DNA from: an uncultured delta proteobacterium
GTDB taxonomy: Bacteria > Desulfobacterota > Binatia > UBA9968
Length of the DNA stretch: 64,000 nt
NCBI GenBank assembly: GCA_963745835.1
Contig: CAVUZH010000003.1
Location: 64,001-128,000, forward strand
Direction of reading: 5' to 3'
In this document: positions 39,665 through 49,854 of the stretch, one piece after another
Position numbering within the stretch: position 1 is the stretch's first letter
How the letters are laid out: each line of letters begins with the position of its first letter
Translations under genes and position numbers: made by a program
The notes under the pieces: model-generated
What the model was told of the DNA's origin: nothing
The model's database searches: none
Seen by the model: only the letters and a program-made list of their open reading frames with translations

Positions 39665-39852
39665 TCCGTACTCTCCTATAGCTTTTCTAATTCGCTAGAA
39701 GCTACTTACTTCGGCACACCGAATCACATAGCACAACGGCGCTTCAATGGCGATTTGCGTGGGTTCTCTAACTCAGGTCGGTGTAGTTGTTGCGCCGCGC
39801 CAGGATCCGACCTCAAAAATAAAGCGCACGCAGGCGGAAGCGAATATCCGTT

Positions 39853-40716
39853 TCAATGTGTCAATGCGATGGCAACTACGCCGGCGACAACCAGCACGGT
39901 GCCAACGGCACTGGCGATGGTGATCCTTTCAACTTGGCGGAGAAAAATCGCGGTAATGATCAGGGTCCAGATCGGTGTGGTGGAGGCAATGGGTGAGACG
40001 ACGACCACCGGTCCCAGGGAGAATGCCAGGAGCATGAGGAGAACCGCCAGCGTCTCAAAGAATCCGGAAACAAAAAACGGCCAGAACGCACGTCGATCCC
40101 ACACCAATTTCTCTTTGCAGATAGGCGTCACGTAATAGGCGGCGAGCGCCAGGAGAGAAATCGGACCGACAACCGCTGTGAAAAATAGCGGCTCATGGGA
40201 TTGGATCAATGCGTAACGCCGCAAAGGATGGACTACCGCGGTAATCAGGGCGGTTGCCACAGGATACATGAGATGCGTCCAATGAAACGAAGGCAAATGT
40301 TTGTCAATGCGCCATGAAGTGAGAACGATTCCAGCCACTACCGAGACTGTTCCGGCCATACCGAGCGGGGTAATCGGTTCGCCGAGAAACAGGATGCCGA
40401 TGAGCACCGCCGGCAACGGAAAAGTATTACGCAGTGTAACGGCCCGGGATGTGCCGAGCTTGTGGATGCCGGTGTAGTGGCAGTGACGCATGATCGGCTG
40501 GAGAATGCCGGTTATGGCAATAGCGACGACGGCGGCTAATGCGACCTGCGGTATGCCTATGGTCAGAAAGACCGCGATCCAGAGAGCCACGGTGTGGACG
40601 ATCAAGGAAACTAAAGTCGCCGTGAAAGGAGTCGAGTAGTTCAGCCCGTTACGCACCGAAACATTGGAAAGCGCGAATGAAACGGCGGTGAGCAACGCGA
40701 GAAGTTGGGGAGACAT
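39853..40716 (-). CDS. DMT/EamA family transporter
   Basis: 287 aa, about 10 TM helices in two repeats, FLGEPI. Confidence 0.85.
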   Translation of the reverse strand: MSPQLLALLTAVSFALSNVSVRNGLNYSTPFTATLVSLIVHTVALWIAVFLTIGIPQVALAAVVAIAITGILQPIMRHCHYTGIHKLGTSRAVTLRNTFPLPAVLIGILFLGEPITPLGMAGTVSVVAGIVLTSWRIDKHLPSFHWTHLMYPVATALITAVVHPLRRYALIQSHEPLFFTAVVGPISLLALAAYYVTPICKEKLVWDRRAFWPFFVSGFFETLAVLLMLLAFSLGPVVVVSPIASTTPIWTLIITAIFLRQVERITIASAVGTVLVVAGVVAIALTH

Positions 40717-41052
40717 AAGGTTGCTGCTAGGTATACACGCAGACGCCTGGGCGGTGCTGGTTCACTGAGATTTAAAGCTTAGAAGCGATCTGGAGCGCGG
40801 TGCAAAGAGTGGTCGGTTGCAAACTTAGGGGCTGCGTAGTATCGAATTTTCCCCTCATAGCGGTCAAATAGTCTCCGACTTTACAGGACTCACGCGCATC
40901 CTGGAAGAGTCTACAGGGAATAATGTGCAAACTGAGTTTTCCTGATCAATTGTTTCGCCGTGCCCGGCATCCTTGAATATTCTTCTGGCTTGCAATAGAG
41001 AATTCGACAAAGTAGAAAAGCAGTCAACTTTTGGCCGATCATGGAGGTAGTC

Positions 41053-41421
41053 ATGGGTTTCAGAATCAATCATCTGCATCTCAAAACACCCGACCCGCGT
41101 ACCACGGCAGATTTTTACGTCGAGTTTGCCGGCGCCAAGATCGTCTCAGAGCGCGCGGGTCCGGACGGACGGAAGACTTTTCGCCTGGATTTGCACGGCG
41201 TGCCGCTCAACATCACAGACTATTTGCCGGATCAAAAGCTCGAGCAGCATTATGGCTTAGAGCACGTCGCCATCGACGCAGAAAACTTTGCCGCGGAAGT
41301 GGCGAAGATCAAGACGGCCGGGATTAAGATTCTCGAAGAGCGCGTGCTACCCGATGGTCGCCAGGTTTGTTTCTTCGAGGGGCCGCAAGGCGTTCGGCTG
41401 GAGTTTTTAGAGATGCGTTAA
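41053..41421 (+). CDS. VOC/glyoxalase family protein
   Basis: INHLHLK, LEHVAI, FFEGPQGVRLEF; GGAGG RBS. Confidence 0.88.
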   Translation: MGFRINHLHLKTPDPRTTADFYVEFAGAKIVSERAGPDGRKTFRLDLHGVPLNITDYLPDQKLEQHYGLEHVAIDAENFAAEVAKIKTAGIKILEERVLPDGRQVCFFEGPQGVRLEFLEMR

Positions 41422-41422
41422 C

Positions 41423-42400
41423 TCAACGGCGGCCCAGAGCACGCTCAAGCGGCCCGTTCTCGCGGAACGGTTCAGGCCAGCCGATATATTCTTTGAACTC
41501 CGGTCGCATGCCGACCAGGTCTTTGACCACATTATCAATCCCTTTGTCCGATACCAATGGCGTGCGCTTGAACAGTTTTGCGTAGGCTTGGATCGATTTC
41601 TTCAATATCACCGGATCGTTTTCTCTAAGCCATTTGGATAAAGATTTTTCCGAAAAAGCATGATCGCGCTTGATCAACTGGATCCCCGCAACATAGGCTC
41701 GTAGAAAGTCCTCGGTGGTCTTGGGTTCGGCTCTCATGAAGGCGCGGCTGCTGGCGACGCAAGAAGAGGGGTAGACGAGATCTGTCGAGCTCAGATCGAC
41801 GAGCACCGGCCAATTGCGCTCCAGGAATGGAATTGCATAACGAGCGGTTAGAGCCGCCGCAGCGATGCGCCCGGCTTCCAGGGCGGCCACCATCTCAGGC
41901 CCGGCGCCGAGCTGTAAAATGGTCATGTCCCGGTCCGGGTTAAGACCGACATGCCTGAGCGCCGTTCTCAGATAAAAATGAGTTGTCGACCCATAGCGGG
42001 TGACCGCGCTTGCATGCCCTTTGAGCTCGGCAGCAGACTTTATTTCCGGACGAGTGATCAAGTAAACCGGATCCACATCGACGGGGCAGGCCAGTAGGAT
42101 CACGTCTGCGCCGGCGGCTCGAGCGGCAATCACCGATTCAGCTCCGGCGCCGGAAAACTGCAAGTTGCCGGTGATGATCGCCAGAGTTATCAGGGATCCA
42201 CCGCGAATCTGCACGGGCTCGACATTGAAACCGTACTTCTCGAAATAACCGGCGTCCTTCGCCACCCAAACTGGCAGGTGCGAAGGCGATGCGCTGGTGC
42301 CATAAAGAATCCGTCTAAGCTCCTGAGCGCCTACGGCTTGGTACGGCGAAAAGAATGCGCAGACAAAGGTAAGCAACACTATGAAGGAATGATGCCTCAT
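41423..42400 (-). CDS. ABC substrate-binding protein, NMT1/SsuA-like (tandem paralog 2)
   Basis: Signal peptide; HLPVWVAKDAGYF; TRYGSTT. Confidence 0.88.
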   Translation of the reverse strand: MRHHSFIVLLTFVCAFFSPYQAVGAQELRRILYGTSASPSHLPVWVAKDAGYFEKYGFNVEPVQIRGGSLITLAIITGNLQFSGAGAESVIAARAAGADVILLACPVDVDPVYLITRPEIKSAAELKGHASAVTRYGSTTHFYLRTALRHVGLNPDRDMTILQLGAGPEMVAALEAGRIAAAALTARYAIPFLERNWPVLVDLSSTDLVYPSSCVASSRAFMRAEPKTTEDFLRAYVAGIQLIKRDHAFSEKSLSKWLRENDPVILKKSIQAYAKLFKRTPLVSDKGIDNVVKDLVGMRPEFKEYIGWPEPFRENGPLERALGRR

Positions 42401-43374
42401 GGCCGCGACGATAAGGCGCGTTCTAAGGGTGCGTTGTCACGGAACAGTTCCGGACGGCCGATAAATTCCTTCGGTATGGCTCGCCGGGTTGCCAGATCCT
42501 TAAGTACATTTTCTATTCCCTTGTCGGGCACGTAGGGCATGGCCTTAAACAGCCGGACATATGCATCCACCGATTTTTTTACCACCATCGGGTCTCGTTC
42601 ACGCAGCCATCTGGCAAATGATTTCTCCGCAAATGGCGGATCTTTGACGATGAGCTGTATTCCGGCGACGTAGGCTCTCAGAAAATTCTCCACGGCTTTA
42701 GGTTCGGTCTTGACGAAATTACGGCTACTCGCGACGCAAGACGATGGATAAACCATATCAGTGGTGCTGAGATCGACGAGCATCGGCCAACCACGGTCCA
42801 GGTAGGGGAGCGCGTAACGCGTTGTCAGCGCGGCGGCGGCGATACGTCCCGTCTCCAAAGCGCTGACGATCTCCGGTCCGGCACCGAGTTGTAAAATGGT
42901 CAGATCCTTTTCCGAATCGAGACCGACATGACGGAGTGCGGCCCTGAGATAGAAATGGGTTGTTGAGCCGAGTCGGGTGACGGCAGTGGATTTGCCTTTG
43001 AGCTCGGCCGCTGACTTTATCTCAGGCCGGGCCATCAAATAGACCGGATCGGAATAAACCGGACAGGCAAGCAACACCACGTCGCCGCCCTCGATGCGCG
43101 CGGCGACTATCGACTCAGCGCCAGCGCCGGAGAATTGTAGCTGACCGCTCATGATTCCCATGGTGATCAACGCGCCGCCGCGTATGTGCACCGGTTCGAC
43201 GTTCAGGCCGTTTTTGGCGAAATATCCCGCATCTTTAGCAACCCAGACCGGCAGGTGAGAGGTGGAATTGGTAGTGCCGTAGTGGATGCGGCGGAGATCC
43301 TGAGCCCAGCTTCGTTCCTGGAGCGACAGCAGACCACAAAGAAAGCTCACGATCAATGAAACTTTCCAAAGCAT
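42397..43374 (-). CDS. ABC substrate-binding protein, NMT1/SsuA-like (tandem paralog 1)
   Basis: Signal peptide; HLPVWVAKDAGYF; same length (325 aa) and collinear with its neighbour. Confidence 0.88.
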   Translation of the reverse strand: MLWKVSLIVSFLCGLLSLQERSWAQDLRRIHYGTTNSTSHLPVWVAKDAGYFAKNGLNVEPVHIRGGALITMGIMSGQLQFSGAGAESIVAARIEGGDVVLLACPVYSDPVYLMARPEIKSAAELKGKSTAVTRLGSTTHFYLRAALRHVGLDSEKDLTILQLGAGPEIVSALETGRIAAAALTTRYALPYLDRGWPMLVDLSTTDMVYPSSCVASSRNFVKTEPKAVENFLRAYVAGIQLIVKDPPFAEKSFARWLRERDPMVVKKSVDAYVRLFKAMPYVPDKGIENVLKDLATRRAIPKEFIGRPELFRDNAPLERALSSRP

Positions 43375-43384
43375 GGCGCTTCAA

Positions 43385-43855
43385 TTATTTGCCGGCGTAT
43401 TTAGCTTCTGCTTTCTCCTGATCGAAAGGCACGAACTGGTTGACGCCTGGACCGCGAACCTGCGGCGCCTCTCCTTCGTCAAATAGTCCCACGGCATACT
43501 CACCGGCACGGCCGCCGATCAATGCCGGGGCATGCGCTTCAGCCACGGTGGCCTCGCCGTCGGAACGATTCCAAGCCCAATGAACCGTGTTGGCGGGGAT
43601 ACGCTGGAAATCGCCTTTTTTACAATGAAAGCCTTTATCCTCTACAAAGAACCAGATCTCGCCGTCGAGCACATAGTTTATCTGCTCGGACTCATGCTGA
43701 TGCGGTTTAGTGTGATAACCGGGCGCGCGAGTCGCGATCATCAGGCTGCACTCGTTTCCATACCCTTTGCGAACAACCATCGATCCGGTACCCGCCTCGC
43801 CGCTCTGGACGCGCTTTATTTCGGTTACCTCCGAGCTTTTGACGTGTAAAGCCAT
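43385..43855 (-). CDS. Cupin domain protein
   Basis: PHQHESEQINYVLDG...IPANTVH; AGGAGG RBS before MALHV. Confidence 0.88.
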   Translation of the reverse strand: MALHVKSSEVTEIKRVQSGEAGTGSMVVRKGYGNECSLMIATRAPGYHTKPHQHESEQINYVLDGEIWFFVEDKGFHCKKGDFQRIPANTVHWAWNRSDGEATVAEAHAPALIGGRAGEYAVGLFDEGEAPQVRGPGVNQFVPFDQEKAEAKYAGK

Positions 43856-44173
43856 GTGACCTCCTACAGAGCTGAGCAATTCTCTTTTCCGTATGTCATA
43901 CGGGCAATCTCGTCAAGCGCTATGTATAGGGCTTGGTCAGTGGTTCTGGATTATCATGACTGCGGATGAGAATCAGCGATCACACCATCACCATTACTCG
44001 ACACGACAAGAGGCGTGTGCAACGGCTCTTGCGCCGCCATCATCTCAACACCCAATACGATCAGTTTAATAAGCTGTCGTTCTTCGGTTCAGGTATTCAT
44101 CCGAATTTAGCCATTGAACATCTATTTGAACCAGACTAAAGGTTTTTACTTCAGGTTTAACTCGGGAGGTTTT

Positions 44174-44483
44174 ATGGCGCACTTTCCGGTGGTCTATACC
44201 GATGGACACATGTCTTAGAACGACAGTCCGACATCAGGAAGTATCTCGACTCGGCTTGGAATAAATGTCTGACGGCGGTATGGCCCGGCGACCAGCACTG
44301 GGACAACGACATGATGACTCATTCGCGATGGCTCGACAGTGGAAGGGACTCAGCGCCGAGATTCCGCATTGCGACAACGAGTTCTCGGAAGCTTGATCGA
44401 TTCATGTGTGATCACCGGGAATTGTCCGACGAGGCCAAGAGAAGAATTCTCTACGATACGGCAAGGACCTGTTCGCTCTGTAA
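44174..44483 (+). pseudogene. Remnant of an amidohydrolase-2 family gene
   Basis: GGAGG RBS, then MAHFPVVYTDGH / VLERQSDIRKYL...W / IPHCDNEF / ELSDEAKRRILYD in shifting frames, matching the DxDGH, SDFPH and C-terminal motifs of the intact family member at 45629..46702. Confidence 0.7.
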
Positions 44484-44501
44484 AGATCAGCGGAGGTACT
44501 C

Positions 44502-45491
44502 ATGAGACGACTCGTTGCGATAGTTGTTTTATCCGTGTTCGCGGTGTCATCGGCCGTGTGCAGTGCGGCCCTTGCTGCCGAGCCGGTCCGGATCGCCTAC
44601 AGCTCGGTGAATCCGCACGCCTTACTGGTCTGGATCGCAGAAAAGCGAGGGCTATACGCCAAGCATGGCCTGTCGTCGACGCTTGTCTATGTTCCCGGCG
44701 GCTCGGTAGCGATTCAAGCACTGGTTTCGGGAGACATCGACTTAGCTCAGTTGACCGGCCCTCCTGGCGTGATCGCGAATATGAAGGGCGCAGATGTCGT
44801 CTACATCGCGATGACCGATGACAAAATGGGTTATCAATTGGTGACGCGCCAGGACGTCAAAAGACCCGCCGAGCTAAAGGGAAAACGATTAGGCATCAGC
44901 CGGTTTGGTTCCTCTTCTGATTTCAGCACCAAAGTTTTGCTTAAGAAAATCGGCATCGATCCAAAGGATGTGACCATTCTCCAGATCGGCAATGAAACCC
45001 AGCGTTTGGTGGCGCTCAAGTCCGGCGGCATCGATGGTTCTATTTTCAATGCGCCGTTCGGTGCCGAGGCGAAAAAATTGAATTTCAACATTCTCGCCGA
45101 TGCGGGTGCGCTCAACATTCCGTACTTCAATACGGGCATGTGTGGCAGTACTCAATTGATGCAGAAAAACGAAACGCGAATGTTGAATTTTTTGCGCGCC
45201 TATCTAGAGGCGATCAAAATTTTCAAAACCGAGCCGGAATACACCTTGAAGGCGCTTTCGCAATTTAGCAAGGTAAACGACCACGAGCTGCTTAAAGAAG
45301 CCTATGAGTATAACAGAGCGCGAATCCCCGATGTGCCGTACCCCTCCGTAGTAGCGATGCAAGCGGTCGTGGACACACTCGCGGAGAGCGAACCCAAGGC
45401 CGCCAAGGCGGATGCTAAGAAGTTTATCAACGACCGGTTTCTAAAGAAGCTCGAAGACGAAGGCTTTGTACAGAAGTTGTTTGGACGATAA
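44502..45491 (+). CDS. ABC substrate-binding protein, NMT1/SsuA-like
   Basis: Signal peptide; IQALVSGDID, LKGKRLGISRFGSSS. Confidence 0.88.
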   Translation: MRRLVAIVVLSVFAVSSAVCSAALAAEPVRIAYSSVNPHALLVWIAEKRGLYAKHGLSSTLVYVPGGSVAIQALVSGDIDLAQLTGPPGVIANMKGADVVYIAMTDDKMGYQLVTRQDVKRPAELKGKRLGISRFGSSSDFSTKVLLKKIGIDPKDVTILQIGNETQRLVALKSGGIDGSIFNAPFGAEAKKLNFNILADAGALNIPYFNTGMCGSTQLMQKNETRMLNFLRAYLEAIKIFKTEPEYTLKALSQFSKVNDHELLKEAYEYNRARIPDVPYPSVVAMQAVVDTLAESEPKAAKADAKKFINDRFLKKLEDEGFVQKLFGR

Positions 45492-45628
45492 CAGGGCGCC
45501 TGCCGCGCATGCCATGTGCTGCGGAGAATGCGGCCGCTGAGCGATAGGGCGGGTTAGAACACGGTGTCAGTAGCGTGCCATCGCGGAACCTTTCCAATCT
45601 CGAGGTCGGCACCGGCCTTTAACAACGG

Positions 45629-46702
45629 CTAGTTGCCTTTTGCCTTTCTGGCTGCGGCAATGTCTCCTTCGCTCAGGTGATAAAAGCGCACCGGATTGTC
45701 GAAGAGCATCTTGTTTTTGAATTCCTCGGACAAGTCCTTGCGGGCTCTCAGGTGAGGGAGATCGCCGCCGAACTGGTCGCGTTCGCGCTCGTGCGGAAAG
45801 TCCGATGCCCACATGATGACATCCGGATGAACCAGCTCCGGAATATAGGGTGCGGTGCGCTCTTCGACCTCCATCGTTACAAAGATATTGCCCGATTTGA
45901 AGAACGTGCTGGGCGGCGACTTGAGATTCGGCGCCAGGCGCGCGGCAAATTTTTCGTAATCTTCTTCCATTCGGTCCATCATGAACGGCACCCAGCCGGC
46001 TCCTGCTTCGAGATAGGCGACACGAAGCTTGGGAAATTCCTGAAACACCCCCTGGAAAACCATGTTGGTGATTTGCAGAAATAGGCCCACAGGATGCTCG
46101 AGCATGTGCGCTTCTAAGAAGCTGGCGACGCGATCCAGGCCAAGGTTTTGGCTCACGCCGCCGTGAATTGTGAGCGGCACATTGAGCCGCTGCGCCTCAT
46201 CGTAGATCTCGTGGTACAAGGGCGAGCCGTAGAGAGGATTGCGATTGTTGGTGACGGAGGGCAACAAACCGGCGCAAAAACCCAATTCTTTGACACAGCG
46301 GCGCAATTCAGCCGCAGCTGCTTTGGGATCTTGCGGAGCAAGGAGGGCAACACCCTTCAGACGCGATGTTTGGCTGGTAAAGCGGTGATGGAGCCAATCG
46401 TTATATCCCTGGGCTAGCGCCGAAGCCCATGCTGGCAGTTGGATCATACCGAGCGCCAGGGCCGAGGTCGGATAGAGAACGGCCATATCGATGCCATGCT
46501 CATTTTGGAAGCGGATCCAGGCCTCGGCATCAGGATCTTCGCGCTTGCCTTTGCGCGCCAGGCCGCGCTGCCAGCCATCGGCATCGAATAGCGGCCAACT
46601 GGAGTGCCAGTTCATCTCGCCGAAATTGCCTTTGATGTGATCGAAGAGATCCTTGTGCTGCTCCATGATGTGTCCGTCTGCATCGATGACCAAATCTGCC
46701 AT
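45629..46702 (-). CDS. Amidohydrolase-2 family protein (decarboxylase/hydratase type)
   Basis: IDADGH, LYPT, YNDW, IHGG, LEAGAGW, WASDFPH, FDNPVRFY. Confidence 0.9.
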   Translation of the reverse strand: MADLVIDADGHIMEQHKDLFDHIKGNFGEMNWHSSWPLFDADGWQRGLARKGKREDPDAEAWIRFQNEHGIDMAVLYPTSALALGMIQLPAWASALAQGYNDWLHHRFTSQTSRLKGVALLAPQDPKAAAAELRRCVKELGFCAGLLPSVTNNRNPLYGSPLYHEIYDEAQRLNVPLTIHGGVSQNLGLDRVASFLEAHMLEHPVGLFLQITNMVFQGVFQEFPKLRVAYLEAGAGWVPFMMDRMEEDYEKFAARLAPNLKSPPSTFFKSGNIFVTMEVEERTAPYIPELVHPDVIMWASDFPHERERDQFGGDLPHLRARKDLSEEFKNKMLFDNPVRFYHLSEGDIAAARKAKGN

Positions 46703-46817
46703 TGTGGTGCCTCCTGATTTGATGTTTCAAACTGCCGCGCTGCCGTACTGCCGGCCGGATTGAAACCCGGGCGAGACTGGTTTCAGAATATCTGTCCGCA
46801 AGCTTCTGGTCGAGCGC

Positions 46818-47822
46818 TCACTGCAAAAAAATTTTCTGATATTCTTTCTTTTTGACTTCGTAATCTTCTTTGCTGAACGGGTACATCTGCACAAATTTAA
46901 TTTTATCGGCATCGGCCAGAGGTGGATAGATACCTTGACGATTGACGAACTCGCCGGTCTTTGCCTGGATGGTCATGCTCTCTTCATCGAGAAAGAAGTC
47001 GATGAAAGCTTTGCCGGCGTTGGGACGGGGAGCTTTGGATCCAAGGCTGATGTACTGCCCGTCACCCAGCATATTGTAGTCGCGGACGTAATCGAGATTG
47101 GCTCCTTGTTTGTTATAGGTCAGGACGAAGCGCGCGAAAGTAATCCCGATGGGTGTTTCACCGGTGCCGACCCGATCGGCGGCGGGGACGATCGACTCGA
47201 CGAATATCGGTTTTGCAGCGGCCAAATCACGGATGAACTTTTCCGCCCGCGGTTTTGACATGATCTTGTCCAGACTGGCGAGCCATTGGGTCGTCAGTGT
47301 ATGGTTCACCGGATGCGGCATGACCAGCTTGCCGCGGTATTCCGGCTTGACGACATCCTCGAGCGTTTTTGGCGCTTCGGAAGCTTTGATGCTAGCTTTG
47401 TTGTATATCACCCCATAGAGCACGTTTCGGTAACGAGCTCCGAGATTCGGATCAATGGCCTCTTTAGCGAAGCCTTTGAACGACGGCGATTGATATTTCG
47501 TGAACACACCTTCTTTGGCGAGGAGATGCATGTGGTCTCCGGTCATCGCGACTACGTCAAAGAGGGGTTTGCCAACTCGAAACTCGGCCAGAGAGCGATC
47601 GAGAACTTCAGTGGAGCCGCCGCGCCAGTATTCCATTTGCAGCCCGGTCTTTTTCTCGAAAGCTGCCTTAATCGCATCGGCGGTGAAGGTTTCCATGGAT
47701 GTGTAGACGATAACCTTGCCGCCGTCTTTTTTCGCCGCCTCGATCAACTTGGCATCTTGGGAGAAGACAGTCTCTCTCGCGAAGAGCATCAGCAGGCCAA
47801 CTAACAGGGCCGAAATCCACAT
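46818..47822 (-). CDS. Extracellular solute-binding protein (Fe3+-type family), orphan
   Basis: Signal peptide; IEAAKKDGGKVIVYTS, APRPNAGKAFIDF; AGGAG RBS suits ATG 47822. Confidence 0.87.
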   Translation of the reverse strand: MWISALLVGLLMLFARETVFSQDAKLIEAAKKDGGKVIVYTSMETFTADAIKAAFEKKTGLQMEYWRGGSTEVLDRSLAEFRVGKPLFDVVAMTGDHMHLLAKEGVFTKYQSPSFKGFAKEAIDPNLGARYRNVLYGVIYNKASIKASEAPKTLEDVVKPEYRGKLVMPHPVNHTLTTQWLASLDKIMSKPRAEKFIRDLAAAKPIFVESIVPAADRVGTGETPIGITFARFVLTYNKQGANLDYVRDYNMLGDGQYISLGSKAPRPNAGKAFIDFFLDEESMTIQAKTGEFVNRQGIYPPLADADKIKFVQMYPFSKEDYEVKKKEYQKIFLQ

Positions 47823-47956
47823 CGTCAAACTCCTTTTCGTTATTTGCTGGAATTCTCTCTTGCTGGTTATATTTCAGCGGGCTTAATCCCGTCAAGGCAG
47901 TTGCGTTTAGCAAGCTTGAACGATCGTCGCTGTGAACCATGGTAGTGACATGGCCA

Positions 47957-49090
47957 TCACAATTGGGCAAATCTCTGCGACAGAAGGGTAGGCTGGCCAT
48001 GCTGGTTAGAAAAGAGGCGTTCGATCTCGGTGTCTTGCACTTGGGCGAGAACCGGCGGTTTCCATTGCGGCTGCTGGTCTTTGTCGATGAGGCGAGCCCT
48101 GACACCTTCACGGAAATCGGATCCGGCGCAAAAATTCACAGCCATGTCCCATTCGCGCAGAAAGACTTCTTTCAAGCCGAGTTTTTTGCCTTCGTTTATC
48201 TGTCGAAAGATAGCCTTTGCCGATGTCGGCGAACCGCTCAGATAACCATCGATGGCGCTTTTAATCCACTCGTCTGTACCTCGCCAGCTGCGTAATGCGG
48301 CATCGACGGCTTCAATGGCGGGTTTATCGGTCAACGATCGAATCGTCTCAAGCCGCTGCATGATCGCGGATCGGCCACTCGTCGGTGAATCCGCGAAGCC
48401 AGAGAGATGACGACGTAAGATTTCTTTGTCATGCGCTTCATCGGATTTCCATTCGAGCTTTGCTAACCCGTCCAACGCCTGCGATTTCTTGTTTGATGCG
48501 ATGATGCCATCGGCCATACCGATGGCAGCGGCATCTCGCCCGTCAAAGCGCGCGCCGGTCAGCGCAAGAAACAATCCCAAACTGTCCGGCAAACGATTTA
48601 GAAAATAGGTTCCGCCTACGTCTGGAAATAGCCCTATGGCGATCTCGGGCATGGCCATTAGAGTGCGCTGGGTGACCGCCCGATAGGTTGCTCCATTCAT
48701 AATCCCGATACCGCCGCCCATGGTGATTCCGTCAGCCCAACAAAGGAGCGGCTTGGAATAAATGTGTATAAGATAATCAACTAAATATTCTGCCGTGAAG
48801 TATTGAGCACCGGAGCCGAGATCCGGTCCCTGCTCGAGCGCAACTACAAGCGCCTTGACGTCGCCGCCGGCGCAAAAGGCTTTCTCTGAATCTGAGTGCA
48901 AAACGACGCAGACCACATCTTCCCGAGCGCGCCATTTCAGCAAGATGGCTTCGATGTCACGGAACATGGCGAGAGTGAGCGCGTTTAGCGCGCGCGGGTT
49001 GTTCAATTTGATAAAGCCCAGCGCAAAATGGCCTGCCCTTGTTTCTGAGAAGACGACGTTCTCGGATGGTTTCGTCGAAGGATTAATCAT
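47957..49090 (-). CDS. 3-hydroxyisobutyryl-CoA hydrolase-like enoyl-CoA hydratase family protein
   Basis: LNNPRALNAL, AFCAGGDV, GITMGGGIG, AMPEIAIGLFPDVG, DFREGVRARLIDKD..P.W; start 49090 or 49096. Confidence 0.9.
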   Translation of the reverse strand: MINPSTKPSENVVFSETRAGHFALGFIKLNNPRALNALTLAMFRDIEAILLKWRAREDVVCVVLHSDSEKAFCAGGDVKALVVALEQGPDLGSGAQYFTAEYLVDYLIHIYSKPLLCWADGITMGGGIGIMNGATYRAVTQRTLMAMPEIAIGLFPDVGGTYFLNRLPDSLGLFLALTGARFDGRDAAAIGMADGIIASNKKSQALDGLAKLEWKSDEAHDKEILRRHLSGFADSPTSGRSAIMQRLETIRSLTDKPAIEAVDAALRSWRGTDEWIKSAIDGYLSGSPTSAKAIFRQINEGKKLGLKEVFLREWDMAVNFCAGSDFREGVRARLIDKDQQPQWKPPVLAQVQDTEIERLFSNQHGQPTLLSQRFAQL

Positions 49091-49252
49091 CAACATGCTA
49101 TCGGACGGCGGAACAAAAATGTCAATGGTGGACGTTGAGTGGACATTGATTGGTAGATTTGGCCGCTGATTTTGACCGTCATGAATTTTTGGTCGTGCAA
49201 ATTGCGGCATAAAATCGCCGCCTTAGAAGGCACGTTTCCAATTTTTTGTTCG

Positions 49253-49268
49253 CGGCATAGTGATTGCT
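49253..49268 (+). promoter_or_regulatory. Candidate sigma-54 promoter
   Basis: CGGCATAGTGATTGCT: GG-N10-GC with TTGCT at -12, about 45 nt upstream of ATG 49314. Confidence 0.55.
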
Positions 49269-49313
49269 ACGTCACTGGAAACGCGCGGTAAATGCACGAC
49301 AGAGAGGGACAAA

Positions 49314-49514
49314 ATGGAAACATCAGAGACGGCCGAATATATTCAGATTAGTTGCGAGAACAGCACCTATAATGCTGCACTCTGCCACCGATGTGGTACG
49401 AAGATTTTTCCGGCGGAACTCCTAGACGCGCATCTCGACCGGCATCAGATTAAAGACCTCTATCTTGAAGGCGAGCTCAAAAAACTACAATTCGCAATGG
49501 CGCGAATGCGATAG
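49314..49514 (+). CDS. Small C2H2 zinc-finger protein (66 aa)
   Basis: CHRC-GTKIFPAELLDA-HLDRH = C-x2-C-x12-H-x3-H; GAGGG RBS; promoter-like site upstream and terminator downstream. Confidence 0.72.
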   Translation: METSETAEYIQISCENSTYNAALCHRCGTKIFPAELLDAHLDRHQIKDLYLEGELKKLQFAMARMR

Positions 49515-49582
49515 CGGCATTTAGTGTTCCGTGGAGCACAGCTCGAGCTTTACCTCCTCAGCTCGAGTTTGTGGCTAGCACC

Positions 49583-49615
49583 AAGGGTGTCCCTCGCAGC
49601 GGGGACACCCTTTTT
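49583..49615 (+). terminator. Rho-independent terminator
   Basis: AAGGGTGTCCC-TCGCAGCG-GGGACACCC-TTTTT. Confidence 0.85.
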
Positions 49616-49776
49616 CCAATCTAATCGCCAATAAAATTTGCATCCGAGAATCCTTCATCGGAGAACCCTCTTCCGTAGTTCAGGATCCTAGGTCAGTTCT
49701 CTTCGCCGGCGTGCTCTAAGGGAATCGCTCGCCTGTGCTCTTCAGTTGAGAAATCACAAAGCAATCTGCGCTAGCC

Positions 49777-49805
49777 TTGACATCATCAGGAGCCTTTCCT
49801 ATGGT
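49777..49805 (+). promoter_or_regulatory. Sigma-70-type promoter
   Basis: TTGACA-17 nt-TATGGT, about 50 nt upstream of ATG 49855. Confidence 0.55.
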
Positions 49806-49854
49806 CGCCGCTGGTGAATAATTTGCGTCACATTGATTGCTAAACAGACATCCC

